Part shown: positions 1 to 10,538 of the stretch, piece after piece
How positions within the stretch are numbered: position 1 is the first letter of the stretch
How the letters are laid out: each line of letters starts with the position of its first letter
NCBI GenBank assembly: GCA_943788715.1
Contig: CALSRI010000004.1
Location: 29,876-93,875 of the forward strand
DNA from: an uncultured Pseudomonadales bacterium
GTDB taxonomy: Bacteria; Pseudomonadota; Gammaproteobacteria; Pseudomonadales; Azotimanducaceae
Direction of reading: 5' to 3'
DNA length: 64,000 bases
Made by a program: the position numbers and the translations under genes
Notes under the pieces: model-generated
Told to the model about the DNA's origin: nothing
The model's database searches: none
The model's input: the letters and a program-made list of their open reading frames with translations, nothing else

Positions 1-591
1 CCGATTCATGACGCAGTGGGTATTACGCGGATCAACGTCGCAACCTATCAGGCGGTGTCCGGAGCGGGCGCCAGCGGCGTTAAAGAGTTGGCTGCCCAAA
101 CAGCCAGCTTACTTAATGGTAAACCCATCGAAGTAAACGTAATGCCTGCTCAGATTGCCTTCAATGCGGTGCCACAGATCGATAAGTTCATGGAGAACGG
201 GTATACCAAAGAAGAAATGAAGATGGTTTGGGAGACGAAGAAGATTCTTGAAGACGACGCTATTGCGGTTAACCCAACGTGCGTTCGTGTGCCGGTGTTT
301 TATGGCCATTCTGAAGCAGTACATATTGAGACAAAATCACCGATCAGTGTGGAAGTGGCGAAGCAGTTGTTGGCTGCTGCTCCAGGCATTAAAGTGAGCA
401 ATGACGAAGAGTTTGCAACACCGGTCAAAGACGCAGCGGGTACTGACCCGGTTTTTGTCAGTCGTATTCGTAAAGATATCTCCCACCCCAATGGTCTAGA
501 TATGTGGGTTGTATCGGACAATGTGCGCAAAGGTGCGGCGCTCAACAGTGTGCAGATCGCTGAAGAATTAATGAACCTGTGGTCTAAGTAA
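1..591 (+). CDS. asd: aspartate-semialdehyde dehydrogenase, C-terminal part (gene begins before the window)
   Basis: Frame is open from base 1. Motifs TYQAVSGAG, IAFNAVPQID, PTCVRVPVFYGHS and DNVRKGAALNSVQIAE. Confidence 0.95.
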   Translation, partial: PIHDAVGITRINVATYQAVSGAGASGVKELAAQTASLLNGKPIEVNVMPAQIAFNAVPQIDKFMENGYTKEEMKMVWETKKILEDDAIAVNPTCVRVPVFYGHSEAVHIETKSPISVEVAKQLLAAAPGIKVSNDEEFATPVKDAAGTDPVFVSRIRKDISHPNGLDMWVVSDNVRKGAALNSVQIAEELMNLWSK

Positions 592-639
592 GTTAGCAGC
601 CTACAATACTAAATTGGATCCGTATTAGAGTGAGTAATT

Positions 640-2571
640 TTGCGCCAGATAAATGAACGCATAAGCAAGTTGCGATTGATCAAGCCTTTTGCGTTGATCA
701 CCTGGGTTGTTTGTGTGTTTGTTTTGGCAACATCAGCGCGTGCGGCAGATTTTGCAGCAGTTACCGTTGAGTCAATTATGGGGCAACCGGTCAGCGGGTA
801 TGTGGAGCTGCCGAACCTAGCGCAAGATGATTTGTCCAGTTTACAGGTTCAATTGGCGAGTCCAAGTACCTATGCGGATAATGATGTCGCGTACTACTCG
901 GTGCATGAAAATTTACGTTTTAATACTACGTTCGCGGCTAACGGGCGGGTACGACTGGAATTAAGCAGTATTAGTGCGCTGCGCGAACCCCAACTCAATG
1001 TCCTAGTGCGCCTTACTTGGCGCGATAGGTTGGCTTTAAAGGTGCTGACCCTAAGTGTTCCGTTTAGTCAACGTACTCTGTCTGGACCCAGGTCTGTTCT
1101 GACTAAATCTTCGGATAACCTGTGGCAACTGGCGAGAAGATCTCGAGACGGTGACCAAGTTTCCATTGCTCAGCAAATGCTCGCCATTCAGCGACTCAAC
1201 CCCGACGCTTTTTCTAAAGGCAATATCAACGGTCTTAAGAGCGGCTTTTTGTTGCGTATTCCAGAGTTTATGGATGCAGTAACTGTGAATAAAGCGTCTG
1301 CCCGCAGCGCAGTGCAAGGTCAGAATTCAGCCTGGCGTGATGGTTCTCAGGATAGCTCCACAGCCCAGCGCAAGGTCCTACCGACACCTAGTTCTGAATC
1401 CGTGACGCCTGAAGATTTTGAGTTAGGCGCTGACTTACCACCACTGCAAAGTCGAGGTGAGGTGCGAATCTTTGAACCTGAACGTTCTGCAGATTCGGGT
1501 GTCGATATGGGTGCAGAGAATAGACCTGACCAGAATGCTCAACGGGCGAATGGTGAAGCAACCGTCAGGGGAGGATCAGCAAGCATGCCTCCTCTGGGCA
1601 CTAATGTACGCGAGGTAACCGTTGAGCAGTTCAATGACGATAACGGCAAACCCGTGAATATCGATCAGAGCGTTAATGATCAAATTGATCTAATGCTTGA
1701 ACAAGAAAATCAAGGGAGTTACTCCGCCCAATTAGTTTGGCTTATTGCTGGCGGTATTCTGGCCATTTTGGTTGTAGTGATGTTACTGCGCCGTCAAATG
1801 GCCGCTAGAAAGAAAAATTTAGAAGATGCTTGGGTCGGTGAGATTTCCGAGCAAGAAAACGAATTCGAAAACGAAGACGAAAATTTAGACCTAGATTTTG
1901 AACAAGAATACTCAGACGGCGAGGATGAAGGTGACGACGAAGACTTTGATTCGGCCTTACACTTAGAGCCTGAGCCTGAGCCTGAGCCTGAGCAAGCGTC
2001 ACACCCGGATGTGGAGCGGGATCTAGATCAAAACTTCGAGCAGGAGCTACAACAGGAGCTACAAGAAGGTAAGCTATCGCTGCCGGATGGCTCCGAACCT
2101 CAATCACAGGATACTGCGACAGCGCCGGAGACCTTGGCTGAGGTCGCCTCTGATACGCAAAAGAGTAGTGATAGTGAAGATAAACCACTAGCTCCGACCC
2201 TAACTGACAAGCGCAACCCTCAAGAACCCACCGTCTCTCAACCTGAGGAGGCAAATGCTCAGCAGCCGCCTGTAAACACGGAGGTTGCTCCAGGTGCGAT
2301 AGCTGGGCTGATCGAGGAGCAGGAGGAAGAATCTAGTACCTTTATAAATATGCTAAACCCGCTAGAGCAACCCCTTGAGGAAACTTCTAATACGGAAGTC
2401 TATACAACAAGGCTTAAGTTAGCTGAGGCTTACTTGGAAATGGGTGACGAGCAGGGCGCTAGGGATATGTTGGAAGAGGTTGCAGCTGAGGGTGAGGAAG
2501 CTCAAAGGGCTCTAGCAAAGTCTATTATTCAACGTATTGATGACGGGTTAGATGACGACGAGAAAACCTAG
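640..2571 (+). CDS. fimV: FimV/HubP-family polar landmark protein
   Basis: Signal-like N-terminus; LysM-like segment NLWQLARR...LAIQRLNPDAFSKGNINGLKSGFLLRIP; one TM helix; acidic low-complexity linker; C-terminal TRLKLAEAYLEMGDEQGARDMLEEV. Canonical position between asd and truA. Confidence 0.87.
   Translation: MRQINERISKLRLIKPFALITWVVCVFVLATSARAADFAAVTVESIMGQPVSGYVELPNLAQDDLSSLQVQLASPSTYADNDVAYYSVHENLRFNTTFAANGRVRLELSSISALREPQLNVLVRLTWRDRLALKVLTLSVPFSQRTLSGPRSVLTKSSDNLWQLARRSRDGDQVSIAQQMLAIQRLNPDAFSKGNINGLKSGFLLRIPEFMDAVTVNKASARSAVQGQNSAWRDGSQDSSTAQRKVLPTPSSESVTPEDFELGADLPPLQSRGEVRIFEPERSADSGVDMGAENRPDQNAQRANGEATVRGGSASMPPLGTNVREVTVEQFNDDNGKPVNIDQSVNDQIDLMLEQENQGSYSAQLVWLIAGGILAILVVVMLLRRQMAARKKNLEDAWVGEISEQENEFENEDENLDLDFEQEYSDGEDEGDDEDFDSALHLEPEPEPEPEQASHPDVERDLDQNFEQELQQELQEGKLSLPDGSEPQSQDTATAPETLAEVASDTQKSSDSEDKPLAPTLTDKRNPQEPTVSQPEEANAQQPPVNTEVAPGAIAGLIEEQEEESSTFINMLNPLEQPLEETSNTEVYTTRLKLAEAYLEMGDEQGARDMLEEVAAEGEEAQRALAKSIIQRIDDGLDDDEKT
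1966..2064 (+). repeat. in-frame microsatellites inside fimV: (GAGCCT)x4 and (CAGGAGCTACAA)x2
   Basis: Read directly at 1966-1993 (EPEPEPEPE) and 2041-2064 (QELQQELQ). Confidence 0.9.
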
Positions 2572-2639
2572 CATCTGTTTGGGTTCAGAATCTACGTATG
2601 CTTGGATTGCCGCTTTTGCCTGCAGGGTAAGGAGAGTGA

Positions 2640-3485
2640 ATGTCTAAACTACAGTCAGACACTGAAGAGCGGGCAGAAATTTTGGCGCCAAAACGGTTAC
2701 AAGAACGGGTATATGTCATGTGCGTGCAGTACCGTGGTAATGATTTCAGTGGCTGGCAGCGTCAAATTGACCAACCAACCGTGCAAGGTCATTTGGAAGC
2801 CGCGCTGACTCAAGTTGCTGCGCTTCCTGTGCGTATTGCAGCCGCGGGCCGCACAGATGCAGGCGTGCATGCGACAGGGCAGATAATCAGTTTTACAACC
2901 TCCTCCGAACGCTCGCCGGACGCTTGGCTCAAAGGCGTTAACTCATTAACACCGAAAGCCATTCAAGTTGCCTGGGTGCGCCAGGTACCAAGCAGTTTTC
3001 ACCCTCGTTACGCTGCCACAGCTAGACGTTATAACTATGTTTACTACGACCAAGATCGATTTAATCCATTTGTTGATGGCCTGGCTTGGTGTACGCAGAA
3101 ATTAGATCAAGACGCCATGCATCGTGCAGCGCAATGGTTGTTGGGTGAGCATGATTTCACCACATTTCGTGCGGCCGGATGCCAGTCGTTGAGTCCTAAA
3201 CGGCGTATCAATCGTTGTGAAATACGCCGGCAAGGGCACTTTGTCGTAATGGAAATAGAGGCAAGTGCATTCCTTTTGCACATGGTGCGGAATATCGCTT
3301 CGGCCCTTTATGATGTTGGCATTGGTGCGCCAACCCACAGTGTTAGAGACTTATTGTTGTTAAAGGATCGAGTTCGCTTGGGCGTAACTGCGCCGCCTCA
3401 GGGTTTATACCTAACCCACGTCAGCTACCCGGGAGCCGGGTTTCCGCCGGCTCCAGCCGTGCCGCTGCTTGCTGGTGGTTTTTAG
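2640..3485 (+). CDS. truA: tRNA pseudouridine(38-40) synthase
   Basis: YRGNDFSGWQRQ, AGRTDAGVHATGQ (catalytic Asp), FHPRY.A.ARRY, GEHDFTTFRA and FLLHMVRNI. Confidence 0.97.
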   Translation: MSKLQSDTEERAEILAPKRLQERVYVMCVQYRGNDFSGWQRQIDQPTVQGHLEAALTQVAALPVRIAAAGRTDAGVHATGQIISFTTSSERSPDAWLKGVNSLTPKAIQVAWVRQVPSSFHPRYAATARRYNYVYYDQDRFNPFVDGLAWCTQKLDQDAMHRAAQWLLGEHDFTTFRAAGCQSLSPKRRINRCEIRRQGHFVVMEIEASAFLLHMVRNIASALYDVGIGAPTHSVRDLLLLKDRVRLGVTAPPQGLYLTHVSYPGAGFPPAPAVPLLAGGF

Positions 3486-3558
3486 TTAGTAGGCGATAGT
3501 TAGAGGTAACTTTTGCACCTTCATAGCGAGATAAACTTAGACATTACTACGAACCCGC

Positions 3559-3590
3559 TATAGAAGAGCCATGTAGGGTTATAGAAGAGC
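3559..3590. repeat. 11-bp direct repeat TATAGAAGAGC x2, 21-bp period
   Basis: Copies at 3559-3569 and 3580-3590 in the truA-trpF spacer. Confidence 0.8.
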
Positions 3591-3723
3591 TATATATCCC
3601 TGCAAAGGTCTTTCTTGGTGCTGGCTCAAGGTCTAATATATGCACTGTGCGGTAGGGTCCCAACCGCATCGTCAAGTTGTCCAAATAATAGTAAAGCTCA
3701 GTGATGAAATTAGGAGACGGTAT

Positions 3724-4371
3724 TTGACTGCCCATGCTCGCGGTTCGATGTGGTGCAAAATTTGTGGTATTTCCAACTTAGCCGACGCTAAAGACGCGGC
3801 GGATGCCGGTGTGGACGCTATTGGTCTAAATTTTTACTCTGAAAGCCCACGCTGTGTTTCAACTGCAACGGCAAAAGCGCTGAGTTCGGCTATAAACGAA
3901 TACGCGCCTAATGTTGTCCGAGTTGGGCTTTTTGTGAATCATTCTGAGAGCGAAGTGAGAGCGGTATTAGCAGAAGTGCCGTTGGACATGCTGCAATTTC
4001 ACGGTACTGAGCCAGCAGAGTTTTGTGCATTGTTTGATATGCCGTTTATTAAGGTATTGAGCATGCGGCCTGACATAGATTTTTTGACCTTAGAAAAGCA
4101 GTATGCATCCGCTTGGGGTTTGCTTTTAGATACTTATCACCCAACCCAAGCTGGAGGAACGGGTGAAACATTTGACTGGCACTTGTGGCCGCATGGCAGT
4201 GCGACAAAGTTAATTCTGGCGGGTGGTTTAACGCCTGACAATGTCGCTGGCGCCATATCACATACTCAACCTTATGGCGTTGATGTCAGTGGTGGTGTTG
4301 AGGGTGGTGTGAAGGGTAAAAAACAACAACAACTTGTTCGGCGATTTATAGAGGAAGCAAAAAATGTCTGA
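3724..4371 (+). CDS. trpF: phosphoribosylanthranilate isomerase
   Basis: [46 protein letters not shown] and GVDVSGGVE. Start placed at TTG 3724 behind AGGAG (3712-3716); ATG 3748 is an alternative. Confidence 0.95.
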   Translation: MTAHARGSMWCKICGISNLADAKDAADAGVDAIGLNFYSESPRCVSTATAKALSSAINEYAPNVVRVGLFVNHSESEVRAVLAEVPLDMLQFHGTEPAEFCALFDMPFIKVLSMRPDIDFLTLEKQYASAWGLLLDTYHPTQAGGTGETFDWHLWPHGSATKLILAGGLTPDNVAGAISHTQPYGVDVSGGVEGGVKGKKQQQLVRRFIEEAKNV

Positions 4372-5584
4372 AGCATTTGACGGTAATAACTATGCACAGC
4401 CTACCCAAGATGGCCATTTTGGTGAGTTTGGTGGGCGTTTTGTTGCAGAAACACTGACCCATGCATTGGATGGGCTAGCGACCTTGTATAACGACATGAA
4501 GAACGATCCTGAGTTTAGGCGTGAGCTGCACCATGATCTAACCCATTATGTGGGTCGCCCCACACCATTATATTTTGCTCAGCGTATGACTGCAGAGCTC
4601 GGTGGAGCGGCGGTATATTTAAAGCGCGAAGATCTAAATCACACTGGTGCACATAAGGTTTGTAACACCATCGGACAGGCACTTTTAGCCAAGCGCATGG
4701 GCAAGCCACGAGTTATTGCGGAAACTGGCGCAGGTCAACACGGCGTGGCAACAGCTACCGTAGCTGCTCGCTTAGGTCTGGCCTGTGATATTTACATGGG
4801 TGAAGAAGACGTGCGTCGTCAAAGCCTTAATGTGTACCGGATGAAACTTATGGGCGCTCGGGTGATACCGGTGAGCTCAGGTTCTAAAACCCTGAAAGAT
4901 GCAATGAATGAAGCGATGCGTGACTGGGTTACTAATGTCGACGATACGCATTACATCATCGGTACCGTAGCTGGGCCTCACCCGTATCCTATGTTAGTGC
5001 GTGATTTTGCCTCGATTATCGGCCAGGAAGCCAGAGCACAAATGCTTGAGCAAGAAGGTCGGTTACCGAACGTAGTAGTGGCCTGTGTGGGCGGCGGGTC
5101 AAATGCAATGGGGATTTTTCATCCATTTATCAACGATACCGATGTTGACCTTGTTGGGGTGGAAGCTGGCGGTCATGGTATTGCCAGTGGTGCTCACGCA
5201 GCGCCACTTAATGATGGCAAAGTCGGTGTTTTGCATGGTAACCGTTCCTACCTGATGTCCGACGATGACGGTCAAATTATGGAAACCCATTCGATTTCTG
5301 CAGGCCTGGACTATCCTGGTGTAGGTCCAGAGCATGCTTTCTTGAAAGATATCGGTCGGGCTACTTATTCCAGCGCTACTGATGACGAAGCTATGCAGGC
5401 TTTTCGCATGCTCAACCAGCGTGAAGGAATACTGCCTGCGTTAGAGACTAGTCATGCTCTGGCTTGGGTAGTGGCAAATGCACCATTGATGAGCAAGGAC
5501 GATATAATATTAGTCAATCTCAGCGGTCGGGGAGACAAAGATATTCTTACTGTAGCTGATATTGATGGGATTACATTGACATGA
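4364..5584 (+). CDS. trpB: tryptophan synthase beta chain
   Basis: [13 protein letters not shown] (PLP lysine), [34 protein letters not shown] and SGRGDKD. Confidence 0.98.
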   Translation: MSEAFDGNNYAQPTQDGHFGEFGGRFVAETLTHALDGLATLYNDMKNDPEFRRELHHDLTHYVGRPTPLYFAQRMTAELGGAAVYLKREDLNHTGAHKVCNTIGQALLAKRMGKPRVIAETGAGQHGVATATVAARLGLACDIYMGEEDVRRQSLNVYRMKLMGARVIPVSSGSKTLKDAMNEAMRDWVTNVDDTHYIIGTVAGPHPYPMLVRDFASIIGQEARAQMLEQEGRLPNVVVACVGGGSNAMGIFHPFINDTDVDLVGVEAGGHGIASGAHAAPLNDGKVGVLHGNRSYLMSDDDGQIMETHSISAGLDYPGVGPEHAFLKDIGRATYSSATDDEAMQAFRMLNQREGILPALETSHALAWVVANAPLMSKDDIILVNLSGRGDKDILTVADIDGITLT

Positions 5585-6423
5585 GCCTAGGGGTGAAGGA
5601 AGAAGCAAGCGAAGGCGCACCAGACACTCGGATTAAGCATACTTTTGCGCGGCTAAAAGGGCAGGGGCGCAAAGCACTAATAAGCTTTATTACCGCTGGA
5701 GATCCGGGTCCTGAGTTTACCGTTCCGGGACTCCACGCAATGGTAGCTGGTGGCGCAGATTTACTTGAATTAGGCATCCCATTTTCAGACCCGGAGGCTG
5801 AAGGGCCGACCATTCAAGCGGCTAACGAACGTGCGCTTGCCAAAGGCATTACCCTGAAAAAAGTTCTCGCGATGGTGGCGGAGTTTCGTCAGCAAGATAC
5901 CCAAACGCCGGTCATATTAATGGGTTATTTGAACTCGATTTTAGCTATGGCTGATTTTGCCGAGCAAGCGTCAAAGGCCGGCGTAGATGGGTTGATTATG
6001 GTCAATTTACCTCCTGAAGAGGGCCATGAGCTGCAAACTCAGCTGGCGGCAAATGGTATCGACTTAATTTACCTTATTGCTCCAACTACAACTGACGCTC
6101 GAGCGACTGAAATTATGCGTAATGCGTCTGGGTTCATTTACTATGTATCGTTGAAAGGTGTGACTGGCACCGGGAGCGTACTTGCAGATGAAGTAGGAGT
6201 AAGAACTAGTGGGCTGCGCGCAGCAACGCAGATACCCTTATGTGTTGGTTTTGGTATTCGCGATGCACAAACTGCATCTGCGCTTAGTCAGCATTCGGAC
6301 GGGGTAGTAGTCGGTAGTGTGTTGGTAGAAAAACTTGCAGCTGGAGGTGACCCAGCTACGGCTTGTCATGCTCTTAAAGACACCATTGAAAGTATCCGGC
6401 ACGGGCTAGATCAACAAGACTGA
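5581..6423 (+). CDS. trpA: tryptophan synthase alpha chain
   Basis: [35 protein letters not shown] and VGFGI. ATGA overlap with trpB. Confidence 0.97.
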   Translation: MSLGVKEEASEGAPDTRIKHTFARLKGQGRKALISFITAGDPGPEFTVPGLHAMVAGGADLLELGIPFSDPEAEGPTIQAANERALAKGITLKKVLAMVAEFRQQDTQTPVILMGYLNSILAMADFAEQASKAGVDGLIMVNLPPEEGHELQTQLAANGIDLIYLIAPTTTDARATEIMRNASGFIYYVSLKGVTGTGSVLADEVGVRTSGLRAATQIPLCVGFGIRDAQTASALSQHSDGVVVGSVLVEKLAAGGDPATACHALKDTIESIRHGLDQQD

Positions 6424-7649
6424 TGACGGATCTTAATCGCTGGTTGGCGCATATTTCCGGTCAACATGATCAAGTAATAGATATGGGTTTAAGTCGCATG
6501 CACCTCATGGTGGAGCGACTCAACCTAGGTCGACCAGCGGGTTCGGTTATCACTATTGCAGGTACTAACGGTAAGGGTACTACGGCAACTGCTATTGAAG
6601 CGCTGTTGAGTAGCCATGGCGTTAGCGTTGGTACGACTCTATCTCCTCATATAAAGCGTTTTAACGAGCGAGTTCGCATCGACGGTGTTGATGCTGACGA
6701 TGCGAGAATATGCGAGGCGTTTGCGGCTATTGAGGCTGCCCGGGCAGATTTGCCGTTAACCTATTTCGAATTTGGCGCGTTGGCTGCTTTGTGGTGTTTT
6801 AAAGACGCTCATGTAGATGTAGCAATTCTTGAAATTGGTTTGGGCGGTCGGTTGGATGCATTTAATGTTGTAGATGCAGACATTGCAGTCATTACCAGTA
6901 TTGGGCTGGACCATCAGGAATATTTAGGCGGCACGCTAGAGCAAATTGGCGCTGAGAAAGCGGGTATTTTTAGGGCAGGGCAAAAGGTGGTGCTAGGCGC
7001 AGATATGCCTTTAAGCGTGTGGGCTGCGTGCGAAGAATTGGCACTTTCACCTGTGGCTGTCGGCATTGACCTGATCATTAGTACTGATCCAAAGCAGGGC
7101 GTCTGGCAATTGACCTTGCCGGAGAACGAGACCTTAGAACTGCCAATGGGCAACCTGTCTTGCCATAACATGGCCGTAGCGGTGGCCGCTGCGAGTTCAA
7201 TAGTGACTCTGAACAAGGAACGCCTGAGTGATGTAGTAAGGCGGACAAAAATGTCTGGGCGGCTGGAAATTGCGCTGCTCCAAGGCCGCACCTGTATCCA
7301 TGATGTGGGACATAACTCGGCAGGTATAAAATTTCTTTGGCACGAGTTACAAGCACGCGACTTAGTGCCTGAATATATTGTTTGTTGCATGCTGGACGGT
7401 AAAGACCACGCAAGCGTATATAAAACTTTGGCTGAGTATTCATCTGCACCCTGGGCCTTGGTTAGTAGCCACGGCGATAGGGCATTATCTAGTCAGCAAT
7501 TGGCGCAATCGATGAATATCACGGCACCATGTTTCGACACTATGCAGGAAGGTTTAGATCATGCTTTGTCGGCAACGCAGCCTGGGAGTGTTATTCTACT
7601 GTTTGGTTCATTTAACTGTGTTGAACAGAGCACATGGTTGGCGCACTAG
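6423..7649 (+). CDS. folC: bifunctional folylpolyglutamate synthase/dihydrofolate synthase
   Basis: IAGTNGKGTT, SPHI.RFNER, LTYFEF, E.GLGGRLDAFN and TSIGLDH..YLG. TGATG overlap with trpA. Confidence 0.95.
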   Translation: MTDLNRWLAHISGQHDQVIDMGLSRMHLMVERLNLGRPAGSVITIAGTNGKGTTATAIEALLSSHGVSVGTTLSPHIKRFNERVRIDGVDADDARICEAFAAIEAARADLPLTYFEFGALAALWCFKDAHVDVAILEIGLGGRLDAFNVVDADIAVITSIGLDHQEYLGGTLEQIGAEKAGIFRAGQKVVLGADMPLSVWAACEELALSPVAVGIDLIISTDPKQGVWQLTLPENETLELPMGNLSCHNMAVAVAAASSIVTLNKERLSDVVRRTKMSGRLEIALLQGRTCIHDVGHNSAGIKFLWHELQARDLVPEYIVCCMLDGKDHASVYKTLAEYSSAPWALVSSHGDRALSSQQLAQSMNITAPCFDTMQEGLDHALSATQPGSVILLFGSFNCVEQSTWLAH

Positions 7650-7652
7650 GAT

Positions 7653-8249
7653 ATGCAAGAAAAAATACGCTATAGAACGATTGGAGCCATCTTTTTGGTG
7701 TCCATTGCAAGTATTGTATTGCCGATGGTATTCGATGAGCCCACGCGTCATAACTTACCTGAACCCGATCTAGGAGTATTTGCAGAAGCAAAACTCGAAG
7801 CTGAGAAAGCTAGCGGGCAACCTGATGGTGGCGGTATAGAGTTTCCGATATACGATGAAGTAGTTCCCGCTTCTGATGTGATCGAGAAAGTGCAGCAGTT
7901 GCGCGCAAAAGTGGACAGCAAGGGTTTTAGTACTGAGCCCCACAGAACGCTATTTGGAGAGCCCATTCTTTCACCCGTTCGAGCAAAAAGTTCAGTGTTT
8001 GCGGTACAGCTGGCGACTTTCGTGCAATTAGATAATGCACGGAGCTTTAGAGAAAAGCTTCGCGCAGGTGGCAGTGAAGCTTTTATATCATCGTTTTTGG
8101 ATGTTGGTCGTAAAGGAAAAAATGACGAAAAAGTTCGTTATCGTGTCGCAGTTGGGCCGTTGCTGAGTCATACTGACGCCGAAGTTTTGCGCGACGTTTT
8201 AACAAAGAAATATGCTGTTGATGCGCTTGTAGTTGATATGTCTCAATAG
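7653..8249 (+). CDS. dedD: SPOR-domain cell division protein (DedD-like)
   Basis: N-terminal TM with R.IGAIFLVSIA.IVLP; C-terminal SPOR (VQLATF...NA...R..L, YRVAVGP). Position folC-dedD-cvpA. Confidence 0.85.
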   Translation: MQEKIRYRTIGAIFLVSIASIVLPMVFDEPTRHNLPEPDLGVFAEAKLEAEKASGQPDGGGIEFPIYDEVVPASDVIEKVQQLRAKVDSKGFSTEPHRTLFGEPILSPVRAKSSVFAVQLATFVQLDNARSFREKLRAGGSEAFISSFLDVGRKGKNDEKVRYRVAVGPLLSHTDAEVLRDVLTKKYAVDALVVDMSQ

Positions 8250-8264
8250 CCGAGTGAAGAGCGA

Positions 8265-8819
8265 ATGGCCCACTTAGATTACATTATAATTGGCCTTTTG
8301 GTGATTTCCTCAGTCATCGGGCTGAATAGAGGTTTGGTTAGAGAAGCCGGATCGTTAGCGGTCTGGGTAGGAGGGTTTGTTGCTGGGTTTATGTTCGGAC
8401 CTACCGTTGCCATAGAATACGACGACTATTTGGGAGGCGATGAACTAAGTCAGATAGCCGCCTTTATTATCGTACTTTTAGCTGTGCTTATAGCCGGCAG
8501 GGGCCTGCAATGGGCTTTTGGTAAAGTGGTGGAAACCACGGGCTTATCTGCTACCGATCGAATACTTGGTTTCGGCTTTGGTGCCGCGCGAGGCGCGCTT
8601 TTAGTTACTGTCATGCTGATGCTATTTCAGGCCTTTTTCTCAGCAACCTTGTTCTGGGAAGAATCTGAATTGAAATATACTTTTCTAGAATTTGAAGATG
8701 AAATTTTGAGCGGGATCGGTCGTTTTGGTGACGAGATAGACCAATTGAAGGACGCTGGAGAGAGTATTGATTACTCAGACGTACCGTTACCAGAAGATCA
8801 ACCAATTTATATTGACTAA
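8265..8819 (+). CDS. cvpA: CvpA-family membrane protein
   Basis: LDYIII...S..IGLNRGLVREA.SL and DRILG.GFGAARG; directly upstream of purF. Confidence 0.92.
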   Translation: MAHLDYIIIGLLVISSVIGLNRGLVREAGSLAVWVGGFVAGFMFGPTVAIEYDDYLGGDELSQIAAFIIVLLAVLIAGRGLQWAFGKVVETTGLSATDRILGFGFGAARGALLVTVMLMLFQAFFSATLFWEESELKYTFLEFEDEILSGIGRFGDEIDQLKDAGESIDYSDVPLPEDQPIYID

Positions 8820-8845
8820 CTTGCGTAGGCATTAGGAGACCGTTT

Positions 8846-10372
8846 ATGTGTGGAATCGTCGGCGTTGTAGGCCGTGGTGCCGTTAACCAGGACATTTATG
8901 ATGCCCTGACGATGCTTCAACATCGCGGACAGGATGCAGCGGGTATGGTGACCAGTGATGGACATCGATGTTTCTTACGCAAGGACAATGGCTTGGTGCG
9001 TGATGTGTTCCAAGACCATCACATGGAGCAGCTCAGAGGCAATATAGGCCTTGGTCAATGTCGATACCCTACAGCTGGCACTGCAAGCTCTGCTGAATCC
9101 CAACCTCTTTATGTGAACTCTCCTTATGGGATAGCTCTTGCTCACAACGGTAACTTAACTAATTCTAAAGAACTCGAGAAAGACCTGTTCTTAGAAGACT
9201 TACGTCACATCAACACTAGTAGCGATTCTGAAGTGCTGCTCAATGTGCTTGCAAACGAACTGAGTATGTTGCACGCGTTGGACCCATCACCTACCGAAAT
9301 GTTTAAGGCAGTTGGCGCCGTTCATCAGCGCTGTAGAGGCGCATACGCGGTAGTGGCGATGGTAATTGGTTCTGGCATTTTAGGTTTTCGTGACCCTTAT
9401 GGTATTCGACCTTTGGTTTACGGTTCTCGAGAGGTAGAGGGCGGTACAGAGTATATGATCGCCTCCGAGTCGGTAGCCTTAGATATTTTGGGTTTTACTC
9501 GCATAGCCGATGTCGCACCTGGCGAGGCAATTTTCATATCTAATGATGGTGAAGTCTTTAAGCATCAATGTGCGGCACGTACGCAGTTAGTCCCCTGCAT
9601 TTTTGAGCATGTCTATTTTGCTCGCCCTGATTCCATAATCGACAATATTTCAGTTTATAAAAGTCGTTTGCGTATGGGGGAGCATCTCGCCAAAAGAATT
9701 TTGACAAGATACTCGCAAAACGAACATGACATCGATGTAGTCATACCCATTCCCGATACAGGGCGAACTGCAGCACTACCTTTGGCCCATGAGCTAAACA
9801 CAAAGTTTCGCGAGGGGTTTGTGAAGAATCGCTATATTGGTCGTACTTTCATAATGCCTGGGCAAAAGCAGCGTCGTGACTCAGTGCGCCAAAAACTCAA
9901 CCCTGTGGAATTAGAGTTTAAAGGTAAGAATGTTTTGTTGGTGGATGATTCGATTGTCCGCGGTACAACGATCAAGAAAATTATACAGCTAGCACGCGAG
10001 GCCGGTGCTCGTAACGTTTATATGGCTTCTGCTGCGCCGGCGTTGAGATATCAAAACGTGTATGGGATTGATATGCCCGCACGAGAGGAATTCGTTGCCC
10101 ATGAGCGTACAGATGAAGAAGTGGCGCGAGAAATTGGCGCTGACTGGCTGATGTACCAAACTATCGAAGACCTCAAAGCTAGTACTCATGAAGGTAATCC
10201 TCACGTGGATGATTTCGAATGTTCTGCCTTTGATGGTAAGTACATTACTGGTGATGTTGGCGAGGACTACTTGCGACGTATATCAGCTGCGCGTAACGAT
10301 GTGACCAAAAACCAGCAAGAGTTGGATTTTTCCTCACACACCAACGTACTAGATTTACATAATCACGCCTAG
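8846..10372 (+). CDS. purF: amidophosphoribosyltransferase
   Basis: N-terminal MCGIVG, QHRGQDAAG, AHNGNL, FEHVYFARPDS and VDDSIVRGTT. Confidence 0.98.
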   Translation: MCGIVGVVGRGAVNQDIYDALTMLQHRGQDAAGMVTSDGHRCFLRKDNGLVRDVFQDHHMEQLRGNIGLGQCRYPTAGTASSAESQPLYVNSPYGIALAHNGNLTNSKELEKDLFLEDLRHINTSSDSEVLLNVLANELSMLHALDPSPTEMFKAVGAVHQRCRGAYAVVAMVIGSGILGFRDPYGIRPLVYGSREVEGGTEYMIASESVALDILGFTRIADVAPGEAIFISNDGEVFKHQCAARTQLVPCIFEHVYFARPDSIIDNISVYKSRLRMGEHLAKRILTRYSQNEHDIDVVIPIPDTGRTAALPLAHELNTKFREGFVKNRYIGRTFIMPGQKQRRDSVRQKLNPVELEFKGKNVLLVDDSIVRGTTIKKIIQLAREAGARNVYMASAAPALRYQNVYGIDMPAREEFVAHERTDEEVAREIGADWLMYQTIEDLKASTHEGNPHVDDFECSAFDGKYITGDVGEDYLRRISAARNDVTKNQQELDFSSHTNVLDLHNHA

Positions 10373-10420
10373 GCCACGGTAGCCTTTTTCTGGCGTGCCA
10401 GAGCAATAGTATTCGGCCGA

Positions 10421-10444
10421 TAATTTGACAGGTAATTTGACAGG
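10421..10444 (+). repeat. perfect 12-bp tandem duplication (TAATTTGACAGG)x2, each copy containing TTGACA
   Basis: Read directly in the purF-DUF1289 spacer. Confidence 0.9.
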
Positions 10445-10538
10445 CAAAGAGGCTCCTACTAAAGACTAAGTCTTAACTGGAACAGCTGTGTATGTTAGGT
10501 GCCGCTAACCGTAGAACCAATTTCAGGACAAACGAGCA

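Noticed and set aside
3486-3723. trp attenuator or leader peptide before trpF
   Set aside because: No short ORF with Trp codons and no terminator/antiterminator pair; the 3640 ORF extension has no Trp.
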